Shown piece by piece: positions 55,191 to 64,000 of a stretch of 64,000 nucleotides of DNA. The notes under the pieces are model-generated. The model did not search any database, was not told the origin of the DNA, and saw nothing but the letters and a program-made list of their open reading frames with translations. How positions within the stretch are numbered: position 1 is the stretch's first letter; each line of letters starts with the position of its first letter. The translations under genes were made by a program, and so were the position numbers. Where the stretch lies: contig JBCCWC010000001.1 of assembly GCA_039194325.1 (NCBI GenBank), forward strand, positions 160,001 to 224,000, read 5' to 3'. The stretch is from Myxococcota bacterium (lineage in GTDB: Bacteria > Myxococcota_A > Polyangia > Nannocystales > Nannocystaceae).

Positions 55191-56486
55191 CTACCGGCTC
55201 GCCAGGTAGTCACACATCGGACCGGCTGCTCCGGGGACGAGCTCTTGGGGCCGTAGATCGAAATCACCGAACTCGAAGCTCGCCAACCACTGCGCCCGCG
55301 CTTCGCCCCGTAGCTCGAACCAGTGGTCGACCCACTCCGAGCGCGTAGGCTCGATGGCCTCCAGCGCCACCGCCATCTGCGGATCGTCTCGGGCGATCTG
55401 GTCGATCACGCGGAAGATCACCACATCGATGAGGCCAGTGCTGCCCTGGTTCCAGCCGAACTGCTCGTAGTCGCTGCCGGTGAGCGCATCGAACACGGGG
55501 CCGTCCAGCTGGAAATCGTTGGCACCATCCAGGCCCAGCTGGCGCATGATGTTGTAGGCCGAAGCGGTCCCGCACCAAAAACCCTCCACGAGATCGTAGC
55601 GACGTGTCGACCAGCCGCTGGCCTGACTCATACGAGTGACGAGCCCATCGGCCTGAGCCACGACCAGCTCGAAGTTGAACGAGGTGTTGGCGTAGCCGTA
55701 CGCGCGGCTGGGAAGGTAGAACGTGCGGTTGTTGGCGACCTCGTGGACCCCGGGGAGCTGCAGGTGGTGATAGCGATCGGTCTGCGCCTGCGTGTCCATC
55801 AGCTCCAGCAAGACCGAGGCCTGCGCGGTAGTCAGATCGTTCTCGTCGGCTCCGAACGCCCCGGGCCAGTCCGGATAGTTGCCCCAGATCGGGCGAACCG
55901 GGCTCCCGTGACACCCCTGGCAGCTCTCGTCGCTCGCCCCGAGTGCGGGCGGATCCTGGCCAAAGTCTAGCGCTCGGAAGATCCACTGGCCGGTCTCGGC
56001 GTCGAGCTCGGCCATCTCGATCACCTCGTATAGGGGATCCTCGGGCACGCCCCCGGCCGACATCAAGAAGCGAGCATCGAGACCATACATGATGAGGCGA
56101 GGGTGCTCGAGGTCGGCCATGTGCCGCGAGCGCGTGTCCTCCATCAGCACGTAGCTGCCGCCCATCGAGCCGGGCAGCGCGCTGAGCAGATCGCGTACGT
56201 TGTCGATCTCGTTGTCGATGACGTGCTGGTAGATCCCCTTGACGGTGAGCAGCTCGTAAGTCTGACCATCGTCGTCTCCTTGCGGGTCTCCGTCTCCGTC
56301 TCCGTCTCCGTCTCCGTCCTCGTCCGCGTCCGCGTCTTCGTCCCCGGGCTCGTCCTCGTCGTCGACGACACCATCACCGTCGATGTCGCTACCGGCGGAC
56401 AAAGCCCCCATAATCTCCTCCGGCCCCTCGGAGCACCCGGCCACCACAGCCAGCATGAGCATCCCCGTCGTCGTTCGCTTCAGCAT
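55191..56486 (-). CDS. lipoprotein with single CxxCH motif (putative c-type cytochrome)
   Basis: VAGC lipobox, acidic DG repeat linker, SCQGCHG; RBS CAGGAG. Confidence 0.7.
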   Translation of the reverse strand: MLKRTTTGMLMLAVVAGCSEGPEEIMGALSAGSDIDGDGVVDDEDEPGDEDADADEDGDGDGDGDGDPQGDDDGQTYELLTVKGIYQHVIDNEIDNVRDLLSALPGSMGGSYVLMEDTRSRHMADLEHPRLIMYGLDARFLMSAGGVPEDPLYEVIEMAELDAETGQWIFRALDFGQDPPALGASDESCQGCHGSPVRPIWGNYPDWPGAFGADENDLTTAQASVLLELMDTQAQTDRYHHLQLPGVHEVANNRTFYLPSRAYGYANTSFNFELVVAQADGLVTRMSQASGWSTRRYDLVEGFWCGTASAYNIMRQLGLDGANDFQLDGPVFDALTGSDYEQFGWNQGSTGLIDVVIFRVIDQIARDDPQMAVALEAIEPTRSEWVDHWFELRGEARAQWLASFEFGDFDLRPQELVPGAAGPMCDYLASR

Positions 56487-56506
56487 GATCCGGTCTCCTG
56501 GATATG

Positions 56507-56536
56507 AGGTGACCGCGATCCCCTCGATTCGGCTCA
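56507..56536 (-). promoter_or_regulatory. ECF-type promoter candidate
   Basis: TGAGCCG-N15-GGTCACCT, 20 nt upstream of ATG 56486. Confidence 0.6.
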
Positions 56537-56645
56537 CGCGTTCCGCCCCAAAGCGTCCGGCTCGGTCCCATGCTCGACCCTGTGCGTGATTTGGAGATCT
56601 CTTGGTGACGGCGGCCACCGAATGTGGGCGACATCCTCTGTTGGA

Positions 56646-56698
56646 GCGCGACACCGACCCTGCGCGCCACTGATTCTGCGCGACACCGATTCTGCGCG
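56646..56698. repeat. 16-bp tandem repeat (about 3.3 copies)
   Basis: gcgcgacaccgaccct / gcgcgccactgattct / gcgcgacaccgattct / gcgcg. Confidence 0.75.
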
Positions 56699-56712
56699 TC
56701 GCCCTGTGGCTG

Positions 56713-57480
56713 CTACCGAAAGTAGGCGGTCATGCCTCCGTCGACGATGATGGACGCGCCGTTGACGTAGCGGCTGTCCGCAGAGCACAGCCACGCGATC
56801 GTTCCGGCCGCGTCCTCGGGATCGCCGATCCGTTGCGCTGGCACCATGGCGAGGAACTGCCGGCGCATCGCCTCGAGCCGCTCGGCGTCGCCGCCCGCGG
56901 CCTTTTCCCACGCCTCGGCCAGCATCGGGGTGTCGAACGCACCAGCGACCACCGCGTTCGCGCGGATCCCCCGGGCTCCGTAGTCCAGGGCAATGCTCTT
57001 GGTCAGCGACAGCATCGCCGCCTTCATCGCCGAGTAGAGCGGGTTGCGCGGAGCCGCACCCAGGCCGTTGATCGACGAGACGTTGACGATGCTGATCGGG
57101 TGATCGGCTTCGAGGGCCGCAACAAGCTCAGCGCGCATGCACATGAAGTCGAGCCGGGTCCCTCCGACGAAGGCGTGTTCGAATCTCTCGTCGTCGATCT
57201 CGCCCAGCGGGGCCGGCTCCTTGCCGACCTCGGCGGCCGCGTTGACAGCCGCGTCCAACGGGCCGGACTCCAGTGCCGCCCTCACCACCAACTCGACGAC
57301 CCCGGGCTGGCGTAGATCGCCCGGCACGAAGCGGGCACGGGAGCCCGCCGCCAACTCGATCTCGGCTCCCCGCTGCTCGTTGCGGCCCACGAAGGTCACG
57401 AAGGCCCCGTCTTTCGCCAAGCGGAGCACGGTAGCGCGGCCGATCCCCGAGGTTCCTCCGGTCACGAAGATATTCGTCAT
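56713..57480 (-). CDS. short-chain dehydrogenase/reductase
   Basis: TGGTSGIG, NAA, SS, YSAMK. Confidence 0.92.
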   Translation of the reverse strand: MTNIFVTGGTSGIGRATVLRLAKDGAFVTFVGRNEQRGAEIELAAGSRARFVPGDLRQPGVVELVVRAALESGPLDAAVNAAAEVGKEPAPLGEIDDERFEHAFVGGTRLDFMCMRAELVAALEADHPISIVNVSSINGLGAAPRNPLYSAMKAAMLSLTKSIALDYGARGIRANAVVAGAFDTPMLAEAWEKAAGGDAERLEAMRRQFLAMVPAQRIGDPEDAAGTIAWLCSADSRYVNGASIIVDGGMTAYFR

Positions 57481-57531
57481 GGGATCGATCATTGCCCGCG
57501 AGCCCCGCCCGGCGTAGATCCGAAAGTACGA

Positions 57532-58353
57532 ATGATGAGCTCGTCCGTCCTTTCTCTGGCGCGACCTCGGGTGACGACGTCCCAGCTCGGCGCCCCCTGG
57601 GGAGTGGTGGCCCCCGGATGTGGTCAGCCCGGCATGTACCTGATGCGCGACGGTCGGGCGCGATTCGAGTGCGCTGCGGGGCGATTCGCTCTTCGGCCCC
57701 GCGACATCGTGATCCTGCCCGCGAGCCCCGACCACCGCATACGAGACGGGGGTAGCGACGTGCTGATGTCCATAGACGAGCTTCGCACCGCCGCGACGGT
57801 CGACACCGACGGGTTTCGCTACGACGCCGGTGGCGAGCAGACCAACCTCTATACCCTGAACTTCGAGTCGTCGGATCCCGCGCGGCGATTGCTGCCGGTG
57901 CTGGTGCTGGCCCGCGAACGGGTCGACCGACCGATCCAGCTGGTGATGGACGCGCTATTCGAGGCCTGCGCCGCGGGCTCCGACGACGAGATCGTGACCG
58001 GGCTCAGCGAGATCCTCTGGTCGCACGCCCTGCGCTCGCACGGGCGCAACATCGACGCGCGGGTGCTACGCGCGGCGACCTCGGTGCTGGCAAACCCCGG
58101 CGCGCCCCACTGCATCGTGGACCTCGCCCGCATCGCCGGGTTGTCGCGCTCGCGCTTCATCGAGCGCTTTGTCGCCGCGCTCGGCGAGCCACCCATGCGC
58201 TTTGTGGCCCGCGCTCGCATGCAGCGGGCCAAGGAACTGCTCATGGCCGGGCACAGCGTGGCCTGGGTGGCCGAGCAGGTCGGGTATCGGTCGGAGCCCG
58301 CCTTTCGGCGGGCGTTCCGGCGGCTCATCGGGCAGGGGCCACGCGCTCGCTGA
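57532..58353 (+). CDS. AraC family transcriptional regulator (cupin + HTH)
   Basis: LARIAGLSRSRF..RF, VAEQVGYRSEPAF.RAFRR. Confidence 0.9.
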   Translation: MMSSSVLSLARPRVTTSQLGAPWGVVAPGCGQPGMYLMRDGRARFECAAGRFALRPRDIVILPASPDHRIRDGGSDVLMSIDELRTAATVDTDGFRYDAGGEQTNLYTLNFESSDPARRLLPVLVLARERVDRPIQLVMDALFEACAAGSDDEIVTGLSEILWSHALRSHGRNIDARVLRAATSVLANPGAPHCIVDLARIAGLSRSRFIERFVAALGEPPMRFVARARMQRAKELLMAGHSVAWVAEQVGYRSEPAFRRAFRRLIGQGPRAR

Positions 58354-58527
58354 CGAGGTTCAACCGGCCGCTCACGTAATCAGAGGTTACTCGCGCTTCC
58401 AGCACGCAAGGATCATTCGGATCGGAGGTAAAGATAGCGGCACCCGAGGGCAAAGCAGCCAGTCGAGCAGGCCGACCAGGGCCGGGTGCCTTGACGGCGC
58501 GAATGCGTGGCGTATGCATGGGTCGCC

Positions 58528-59313
58528 ATGGACTACCAGCTCCGCGACCGCCTAGTGCTCGTGACCGGCTCCTCTGCCGGTATCGGGCGTGCCATTGCTC
58601 GCGCCTTCGTTCAGGAGGGTGCACGGGTCATCCTGAACGCACGCACGCACGATCGCCTCGAGGCCCTGCGCACCGAGCTCGACGCACCGGACCGCACATT
58701 CATCGTGACTGGGGACATCAGCGACACCGAGTCTGCTCGCGCGCTGACGGCTGCGGTCGATGCAATTGGTCCTCTGGACATCCTCGTCAACAACGTCGGA
58801 ATCTTCGGCGTCAAGCCGTTCGCCGAGATCACGGACGAGGAATGGCTGCATTTCTACAATGTCAACGTAGTCGGCAATGTACGCATGATCCGGGCCTTCT
58901 TGCCCGGCATGCTCGAGCGAGACTTCGGTCGCATCGTGAACATATCGAGTGAGTGTGGCGTACGTGGCTTCGGCGCGATGGCGCACTATGCCACGACCAA
59001 GGCGGCGCAGCTGGGCCTCACTCAGAGCGTGGCCGCCTTGACCAAAGGAACGGGGGTGACCGTCAACAGCGTCCTCCCCGGCCCCACCTGGACCGAGGGG
59101 GTCGAGGAGTACATCAAGGGGGTTGCCCAGCAGCAGGGGATCACGCCGGAGCAGGCCGCCAAGGACTACTTCGTCAGCGTGGAGCCCACGTCGCTACTCC
59201 AGCGATTCATCGAGCCCAAAGAAGTCGCGCAGGTCGTGCTGATGGCGGCAGCGAACCCCGCCATCAATGGATCATCCCTGCGTGTAGAAGGCGGTCTGAT
59301 CCGCGCCCTCTAG
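58528..59313 (+). CDS. short-chain dehydrogenase/reductase
   Basis: TGSSAGIG, NNVG, YATTK, PGPT.T. Confidence 0.92.
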   Translation: MDYQLRDRLVLVTGSSAGIGRAIARAFVQEGARVILNARTHDRLEALRTELDAPDRTFIVTGDISDTESARALTAAVDAIGPLDILVNNVGIFGVKPFAEITDEEWLHFYNVNVVGNVRMIRAFLPGMLERDFGRIVNISSECGVRGFGAMAHYATTKAAQLGLTQSVAALTKGTGVTVNSVLPGPTWTEGVEEYIKGVAQQQGITPEQAAKDYFVSVEPTSLLQRFIEPKEVAQVVLMAAANPAINGSSLRVEGGLIRAL

Positions 59314-59601
59314 CTTCGTACCGAGGTTCGGGCCATCGACACCTGGAGCGAGGCGAAGCAAAACGGCTCCGTCTCGCCCGCGCATTGAGCGCTCGCTCTT
59401 GGCGGCGGCGAAGACCTCCTCGTGGTCTTGCGCAGTGCAGACCTCGAACCATCAAGCGTGCGAGATCCGGGCGAAAACCGTGGATGGTGCGGCTCGACCG
59501 GGTCGCATCAAGTCGGCGGCGTTAGCGCGCCGCACACAGCCTGGTCGAAGGGTGCATATTTTTGCCAACACTTTGGTGCTCGGCGGCATCTCGCAGGATC
59601 G

Positions 59602-61137
59602 ATGCAGACTTCCGTGACCGACCCGGGTCTCGCGCCCGACCTCGCCCCCGGCCTGATGCGCCTCGCGTCGCGGCTGGCCGGGTCGTCCGACGCCGAGGAT
59701 CTGGTGCAGTCCACTTGGGTGCGCGCCCTGGAGCACCGCGGCCCGGTCCGCGACCGCCGGCCCTGGCTGCGCCGGGTGATGGTCAACGAGCAGCGCATGC
59801 AGCTGCGCGGGCGAAAGCGACGAGACGAGCGCGAGCAGGCGCAGCACGAGCTGCGGGAGGTGCCGGCCGATGTGGACGAGCTCGTGCATTGCCTGGAGGT
59901 CGCGCGGATCGTCGATGGGCTGCTCGATGAGCTCGATGAAGACCTCCAGCTGGTCGTGCGCGAGCGGTATTTTGGCGGGAGCTCAGCCGCTGAGATCGCG
60001 CGACGGCATCAGATCCCCGCGGGCACGGTGCGATGGCGGCTCAAGTCGGGGCTCGATCGCCTGCGTACTCAGCTGGACTCGCGCTATGGCGGGCGTCGAG
60101 CGCTGTGGGCTGGTGGCTTCATGCCAGTCGCGGTTCAGCCAACACTTTGTTCCTCGGCGGCATCTCAAGCCTCGACCGCGGGCGGCACATTGACCGCCGC
60201 GGGGAAAGGACTGAGTGCCATGAGTGTGAAGATCTTGATGGCGGCGGGGCTTGTGGCTACCGCCGGTGGAGTCGCCTGGGTTGCTTCGGCCGATTCGGAG
60301 CCTGTTTCTGTTGCAGCCACGGAGTCGGCCGAGGTGGAGCCCTCCGCGGCCCCGGACTCGACCGTGGCTGCGGCCGTTGCTCCCGAGGCAACCCTGAGCC
60401 GCGCCACGCCGGAGGCAGTCGACAAACGGGCCCGATGGGCCAAGCGACGCGCTGCGATCCAGGCCGCACAGGCGGCCAGCGCCGCGGACCCTGCTCCTGC
60501 GGAAGGCATGACCTGGCATGCAGCCGGGGCCGACGACGCGCAAGAGCTCCCCGAAGGTGAGCACGGGTTTTGTGCCCACAACGAGAACTGCTTTGGCCAG
60601 CTCGCCCAGGAGGTCATGGGGCTGGTCGATGGGTGCCAAGAGTTCATGGACGGCATCGATCCGAGCGTGACCCTCAATGCTCATGTGATCGGAGCGCCCG
60701 ATATCGGCACGATCGTCGACAGCGTGGAGCTGTCGTCTCACGACGGCGCATCCGAGGAGCTCTTGGAGTGCTTGACCGAGTCGATGTATGCGATGGATCT
60801 CGGCGCGACCGAGCAGAACATCGACGCGCCTATGACCCTGTCGCTCAGTAGCGCTTCAGATGGTCTGGGGGCACTCGCTGGCGCCGAGGTCGACGCAGAG
60901 ACCCGCGCCGCTCTGGAAGAGGCCCTCGCCCACGCCAAGGAGAACGGTGAGGAGGTGAGCTTCATGTTCGGCGGGGATTCGGAGGGGCTGAAGGGCGGCG
61001 AACTCGACGAACAAGCCCGCGCCGCTCTGGCAGAGGCCCTCGCCCACGCCAAGGAGAATGGCGGTCAGGTGCGGGTGCTGCACTTGGGCGAAGACACAGG
61101 CAGCGAGCGACGGAAGAAGACGTCAGACGGCGAGTGA
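59602..61137 (+). CDS. ECF sigma factor with C-terminal TM + extracytoplasmic extension
   Basis: DAEDLVQSTW..A, PWL, AEIARR..IPAGTVRWRL; TM KILMAAGLVATAGGVAWV; RAALxEALAHAKENG occurs twice. Confidence 0.85.
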   Translation: MQTSVTDPGLAPDLAPGLMRLASRLAGSSDAEDLVQSTWVRALEHRGPVRDRRPWLRRVMVNEQRMQLRGRKRRDEREQAQHELREVPADVDELVHCLEVARIVDGLLDELDEDLQLVVRERYFGGSSAAEIARRHQIPAGTVRWRLKSGLDRLRTQLDSRYGGRRALWAGGFMPVAVQPTLCSSAASQASTAGGTLTAAGKGLSAMSVKILMAAGLVATAGGVAWVASADSEPVSVAATESAEVEPSAAPDSTVAAAVAPEATLSRATPEAVDKRARWAKRRAAIQAAQAASAADPAPAEGMTWHAAGADDAQELPEGEHGFCAHNENCFGQLAQEVMGLVDGCQEFMDGIDPSVTLNAHVIGAPDIGTIVDSVELSSHDGASEELLECLTESMYAMDLGATEQNIDAPMTLSLSSASDGLGALAGAEVDAETRAALEEALAHAKENGEEVSFMFGGDSEGLKGGELDEQARAALAEALAHAKENGGQVRVLHLGEDTGSERRKKTSDGE

Positions 61138-61443
61138 GGGGGCGTCGGCGTTGTACATGCCGCGCACGAGCTCGTGCGCGGCTCGGGTTTCTTTACTGCT
61201 TAACCGCGGGTGATGTGCGCGAACCACGCTCGCTCCGCTCGCGGGCTCGGGGTCGGGGCTTCGCCCTTCTCCCCTTGCCCATCTCATCACGATGCATCGT
61301 GCTACTCTGCGATACGATTCAGAGATCGGAAGCTGCGGCCATGATTCGCTTTGGCCTGGTGCCTGTGGAGGTCCAGAGCATGAAGCGGTGTTGGACCAAG
61401 GTTTCGCCATACTCGATCAGAAAAGGTGAAGTAGTGAAGAAGA

Positions 61444-63999
61444 TCAGAGGATAGCCTGGACGGGGCGGACGCCCACGTAGCGGACGCGGAGGCGTGGGCG
61501 GTTCCCGTTGCGGTTGGCCGAGCGCGCGTAGCGAGCCTTGAAGTTGAAGCCGCCGCCGCGTAACACCCGGTTGGCATCGCCGACTGGTTGTCCTCTTAAA
61601 CCATCACTAGGCCGAACCGCAGTTCTGTAGCTCACGAACGCGTCCAGACACCACTCCCACACATTGCCGTGCATGTCATAGAGCCCAAACGCATTAGGCT
61701 CCTTCTTGCCCACCTCATGCAGTCGAAAATCTGAATTACCCAAGTACCATCCAACCCTTGCCAGCTCATCCTCGTAATCCCCCGAGTAATATCTCGTAGT
61801 TGTTCCGGCTCGACATGCATATTCCCATTGTGCTTCCGTGGGCAACGTCATGCCTGCCCACTCACAGTATTCCTTGGCGTCGTACCAAGAAACCCCCGTC
61901 ACTGGGTGGTCTGGCCATTCAGACAGGTCATCGCTCCAACCTGCAGGCTTGAACACCCCAGGATTTTCATCAAGAAATCGAGCATACTGCGCATTCGTCA
62001 CCGGCGTCTTTGCCAGGCGAAAGCTCATCAGCTCTACCCCGTGCCGTGGGTGCTCGTCGTCATCACCAACTCCCGCTGATGAACCCATGAGAAAACTTCC
62101 TGCCGGAATCTGCACTAGCTCTATACCGCTCTTGGATGATACAATAATCTGGCCACCGCTCTTGGCCTGTTCTCCACTTTCGTTCAAACGATCTTGACTC
62201 TGGTCATCCCGCTCTTCATTCACTCCATACGTGCTTGCACCTGGCTCATAAGGGAGCTTACCTACTTCCGAGCCATTAGAACTCAACATTGACCCATCAG
62301 CCAGACCTTCTTGTCCTTCTCCTTTGTCGGTTCGAACACGCAAAATCAGGCCACCAACGGCTAGACCACCAACCACGGTGCTGCCAACAACTACCTTACG
62401 ACGGCTCAACCACGGCCTCTTGTTCTCCGACCGGCCGTCGGATACTTCTGCGCGGCTCATCGGTTCATCAGGAAGCGCCTCCGCGGCAGCATCAGACTTT
62501 CGCGCCAATTGCTCTGGCTGCTCTGGCCCGCGCCGTGCAGCCGCCAACGCCACACGAAAGCGCGCTATAGTCTCGAATCGTTCGCCACTTCGCAGCGCCA
62601 CTGCTCGCTGCAGCACCACGAAGAGTGCAACTTCGCACCTCAGCCTGGCCAAGAACGCACTCCGTTCGAACATTACCGTCTGCGGCAGCCTCTTGCCATA
62701 GATACAGAATATTGCGGTCATCCCCAGACTGTAGATATCGACTCGATAATCTACTCGGCTCGCATCCTCGTTCTGCTCGGGTGCCGCGTAGATCACCGTC
62801 CCCAGCGCGCCCGTACGTGTACCCCCAGTTGTATCCGTGGTCTGCACCAGATCGAAATCCGTGAGGGCCGGCGTCCCGTCCTCGTGTAGCAGGATGTTTT
62901 GCGGCTTCACGTCCCGGTGCACCAATCCCCGTGAATGCGCAACCTCAAGAACACCCGCGATTTTCTCAACCACATCGAGCGCTTGCTCGGTGTCGATCTT
63001 CTTGCCGGCGATCGCTTGGTAGAGATCCCCACCAGCGACGTACTCCATCACGTAGTAGTAGAAACCTTGCTCCTCACCTTCCGGCACCAGCACCCGCACG
63101 ACATTCGGATGCTGGAGATCCGCCATCATCCGCGCCCCGCGAAATAGTCGCTCCCGACGGCTAGCGACCTGAGCGAACTGACCATGGAGCACCTTGATCG
63201 CCACGAACCGGCGTAGCTTTTTGTCGTAGGCCTTCCACACGGTGGCGAACCCGCCCTGGCCCACAACCTCGACGAGTCGAAAGCGACCGTCGCCTAGAAA
63301 CTCACCCGCGTGGAGCGTGGGCCCGTGCCGTTGCTCCCGGCGAAGATCGAGAATTTCCGCGTCTATCTGCGTCGTATCTGCACCCGCGAGCGTGAGCTCT
63401 TCGCGGTGCGAGTAAGCAGCATCGAGCCGTGCGGTGACCGAGCCCGGAGTCGGCGTAACACCATCTTCGATAGCCCACAGTCGCCCCCCCAACAGCCGCG
63501 TGTATAGAACCGGCATCCACCAGTCGTGATGATCGCGGATCCTTCCCCGAGCCACCGCCAGCGCGCGGTCGATCCGACCGTCACGTTGCAACTCGGTAAG
63601 GAGCACCGGCATCATGGCCTCCACTGTGGCCATGGTGATCAAACCCTGCATCGCGAGCACCGCAGGCGCTCCAGCCTCCGCCAGGCGACCCGCGAGCGTA
63701 GCCTGCGGCGTGGTGCCCAACCCGGCCACACTTGATGCTCCGTCACCCGCGCTCTGGCATGAGACCAGCACCACCAGTCGCGGTCGCTCCCGTAGCTCCT
63801 CGATGCGAACGGCGAGATCGTGGCCCTTCATCGCTTGGGCCACCCCCGTCTCGTCTTGCAAGATGAGCGCCGGGGCACCTGTACGGCGACCAAACATCCC
63901 ATGGCAGACGAGATAGAGAATGTCGACCCCATCGCGCAATGGCTCAAGTAGCCGATCTATGGTCAAGGGAGAACCCGGCCCTCCGAGGACGCGGATCTC
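61444..63999 (-). CDS. CHAT (caspase-like) + Ser/Thr kinase + TM + FGE/SUMF1 (C-type lectin fold) protein, 5'-partial
   Basis: CHG and SCQS dyad; GQGGFATV, HRDVKPQN, DFD; LPTEAQWEYACRAG, NAFGLYDMHGNVWEW; frame open to the window edge. Confidence 0.9.
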   Translation of the reverse strand, partial: EIRVLGGPGSPLTIDRLLEPLRDGVDILYLVCHGMFGRRTGAPALILQDETGVAQAMKGHDLAVRIEELRERPRLVVLVSCQSAGDGASSVAGLGTTPQATLAGRLAEAGAPAVLAMQGLITMATVEAMMPVLLTELQRDGRIDRALAVARGRIRDHHDWWMPVLYTRLLGGRLWAIEDGVTPTPGSVTARLDAAYSHREELTLAGADTTQIDAEILDLRREQRHGPTLHAGEFLGDGRFRLVEVVGQGGFATVWKAYDKKLRRFVAIKVLHGQFAQVASRRERLFRGARMMADLQHPNVVRVLVPEGEEQGFYYYVMEYVAGGDLYQAIAGKKIDTEQALDVVEKIAGVLEVAHSRGLVHRDVKPQNILLHEDGTPALTDFDLVQTTDTTGGTRTGALGTVIYAAPEQNEDASRVDYRVDIYSLGMTAIFCIYGKRLPQTVMFERSAFLARLRCEVALFVVLQRAVALRSGERFETIARFRVALAAARRGPEQPEQLARKSDAAAEALPDEPMSRAEVSDGRSENKRPWLSRRKVVVGSTVVGGLAVGGLILRVRTDKGEGQEGLADGSMLSSNGSEVGKLPYEPGASTYGVNEERDDQSQDRLNESGEQAKSGGQIIVSSKSGIELVQIPAGSFLMGSSAGVGDDDEHPRHGVELMSFRLAKTPVTNAQYARFLDENPGVFKPAGWSDDLSEWPDHPVTGVSWYDAKEYCEWAGMTLPTEAQWEYACRAGTTTRYYSGDYEDELARVGWYLGNSDFRLHEVGKKEPNAFGLYDMHGNVWEWCLDAFVSYRTAVRPSDGLRGQPVGDANRVLRGGGFNFKARYARSANRNGNRPRLRVRYVGVRPVQAIL

Positions 64000-64000
64000 G

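Overview
GC-rich bacterial DNA, probably from a myxobacterium (inferred from Cys-rich repeat lipoproteins, many Ser/Thr kinases and ECF sigma/FecR modules). In order, the window holds: boxC-boxB; a signalling block (His kinase, STAS/zinc-ribbon proteins, RsbW-like ATPase domains including one fused to an MFS transporter, Ser/Thr kinases); and a divergent candidate RiPP locus. That locus has RRE-YcaO plus a sulfotransferase on the minus strand, and an unannotated 19-aa Lys-rich peptide, a PaaK-like adenylating enzyme and a SufS-type cysteine desulfurase on the plus strand. Next come a low-GC island (dTMP kinase plus an HTH/NDT-like gene broken by an in-frame TAA) and tailoring-type enzymes around a GAF-PP2C/STAS pair. 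The right half holds a DUF3179-like UxxC selenoprotein with a SECIS hairpin, a citrate synthase homolog missing its catalytic GPLHGG motif, tRNA-Leu(TAG), two unusual ECF sigma loci and a partial CHAT-kinase-FGE gene. The best novelty candidates are the RiPP-like locus (16.7-22.8 kb), the HTH-NDT/tmk island (25.1-28.6 kb) and the sigma gene with an internal duplicate of its own upstream motif. All family calls come from reading motifs by eye; no searches were run. I adjusted many start codons relative to the ORF track.
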